DNA of 40,837 bases from a virus, in IMG/VR virus record IMGVR_UViG_3300001202_000004, positions 1 through 40,837 of that record; one strand, given 5' to 3'. The notes under the pieces were generated by a model that worked only from the letters and a program-made list of their open reading frames with translations, was not told the DNA's origin and searched no databases. A program made the translations under genes and the position numbers. Each line of letters starts with the position of its first letter. Positions within the stretch are counted from its first letter, which is position 1. Below, in pieces: positions 40,103 to 40,837 of this stretch.

Positions 40103-40837
40103 TATCTTCTCCTCCTGTGATACTGCCGTCCGCCTCCGCGACAGGAATATTTTGCATTTGTACCCTTGCAACGCCGCCGCCGTCAATAGCTGGACGATCT
40201 TCTAAATCTCTGACCTCGTTTATAGTCATAAGTCCGTTACGTGTCATTTTCTCGTAGAAGTTAGCGCGAGCGACGGTATCTCCCCGGAGGAGATCCTCGA
40301 TATTAAATTTAATATACATCCCACGGCTTCGCTCTTGTGGAGTTAGGAGCTGTTTCATTAAAGCTTTTTCTATCCGCTTAACGCGGCGGCGGAGAGTGAA
40401 TTTAATAAAGGCTAAGACCTGTTGCTCCAGTCCAGTCCCCCACGAAGTAGACTTCTCCGTGTGTCCGATCATAAACGGAGGGACGCCAAAGATCCGCGCG
40501 ATCTCTAGGACAGAGAAAGAGCGGCTCTCTAACATTTGGGCGTCCTTGGCAGAGATCGATAGCTGTGACCAAGAGACGCCATTATCTAGAATAACCGGGA
40601 CGCCGTCGTTAATTGCTCCCTGATATTCTGAGCGGAGGATCGTCTTAAGCTTGTTCCGTTGTGCTTTGTCCAGAGGCTTATCTACGGATAAGACACCAGA
40701 AGGCCTCATTCCCTGAGCCCATTGTCTCCCGGCGGCCATATCCGCGTTATGGGCGGATCTAAACACTCCCGCCGCCGCCTGTAGGGGAGACTGTCCTCCC
40801 AGAGCCGTAGGAAAGGCTCCGCGAATATGAAGCATTT
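40089..40837 (-). CDS. Portal protein, C-terminal part (joins 542..1 across the junction)
   Basis: It is in frame with the hand-translated N-terminal part. The HK97-type portal motif GVPPFMIGH...STSWGTGLEQQ is present. Confidence 0.9.
   Translation of the reverse strand, partial: MLHIRGAFPTALGGQSPLQAAAGVFRSAHNADMAAGRQWAQGMRPSGVLSVDKPLDKAQRNKLKTILRSEYQGAINDGVPVILDNGVSWSQLSISAKDAQMLESRSFSVLEIARIFGVPPFMIGHTEKSTSWGTGLEQQVLAFIKFTLRRRVKRIEKALMKQLLTPQERSRGMYIKFNIEDLLRGDTVARANFYEKMTRNGLMTINEVRDLEDRPAIDGGGVARVQMQNIPVAEADGSITGGEDNVDE
40789..40837. repeat. Second copy of the 49-bp terminal overlap
   Basis: Exact copy of bases 1-49. It looks like an assembly-overlap signature, not a biological terminal repeat. 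Confidence 0.95.

Noticed and set aside
39422-40186. Longer protease ORF starting MTAAALQGYKCKIF...
   Set aside because: The extension overlaps the portal gene by about 100 nt and lacks an RBS. The internal Met at 40102 is preceded by AGGAGGAG.

Overview
This window is a complete, circularly closed genome of a tailed dsDNA phage with a siphovirus-type, HK97-like morphogenesis module. The first 49 bp are identical to the last 49 bp, so the unique length is about 40,788 bp. The contig break falls inside the portal gene. There are three transcription blocks. (1) A minus-strand late block runs from 2900 down through the junction to 21148. It encodes P27-type small terminase, large terminase, portal, prohead protease, major capsid, head-tail joining proteins, major tail protein and G/GT tail chaperones with a visible -1 slippery A10 run. 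It continues with the tape measure, a gene-transfer-agent (GTA)-like tail-tip set (distal tail, DUF2163-like, NlpC/P60 peptidase, 1803-aa host-specificity protein) and a lysis cassette (membrane/holin candidates, GH24 endolysin, overlapped i-/o-spanins). (2) A minus-strand early block runs from 14680 to 3611. It encodes a small ribbon-helix-helix regulator missed by the ORF track, a GapR-like protein, RusA, a LexA-DBD-like protein, DnaB helicase, a wHTH initiator with internal iteron-like repeats, two HNH nucleases and many ORFans. (3) A plus-strand block runs from 14940 to 20980. It encodes a RecE-like PD-(D/E)XK exonuclease, a RecT-like annealase, an HNH nuclease, a stand-alone Spo11/topoisomerase VI-A-like protein and an Ead/Ea22-like protein. 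I found no tRNA, CRISPR array, reverse transcriptase, integrase, partition genes or DNA methyltransferase. The most notable observations are listed here. The first is the B-subunit-less Spo11/Top6A-like gene. The second is an antitoxin-domain (DUF2384-like) gene translationally coupled to an unknown partner. The third is a conserved tail gene with no canonical start codon, next to an A-AAA-TAA slip site. The fourth is about 3-fold over-representation of GATC genome-wide. The fifth is a candidate ori inside the initiator gene. The sixth is a plus-oriented terminator inside a minus-strand operon. All functional calls rest on motif recognition by eye, with no database search.
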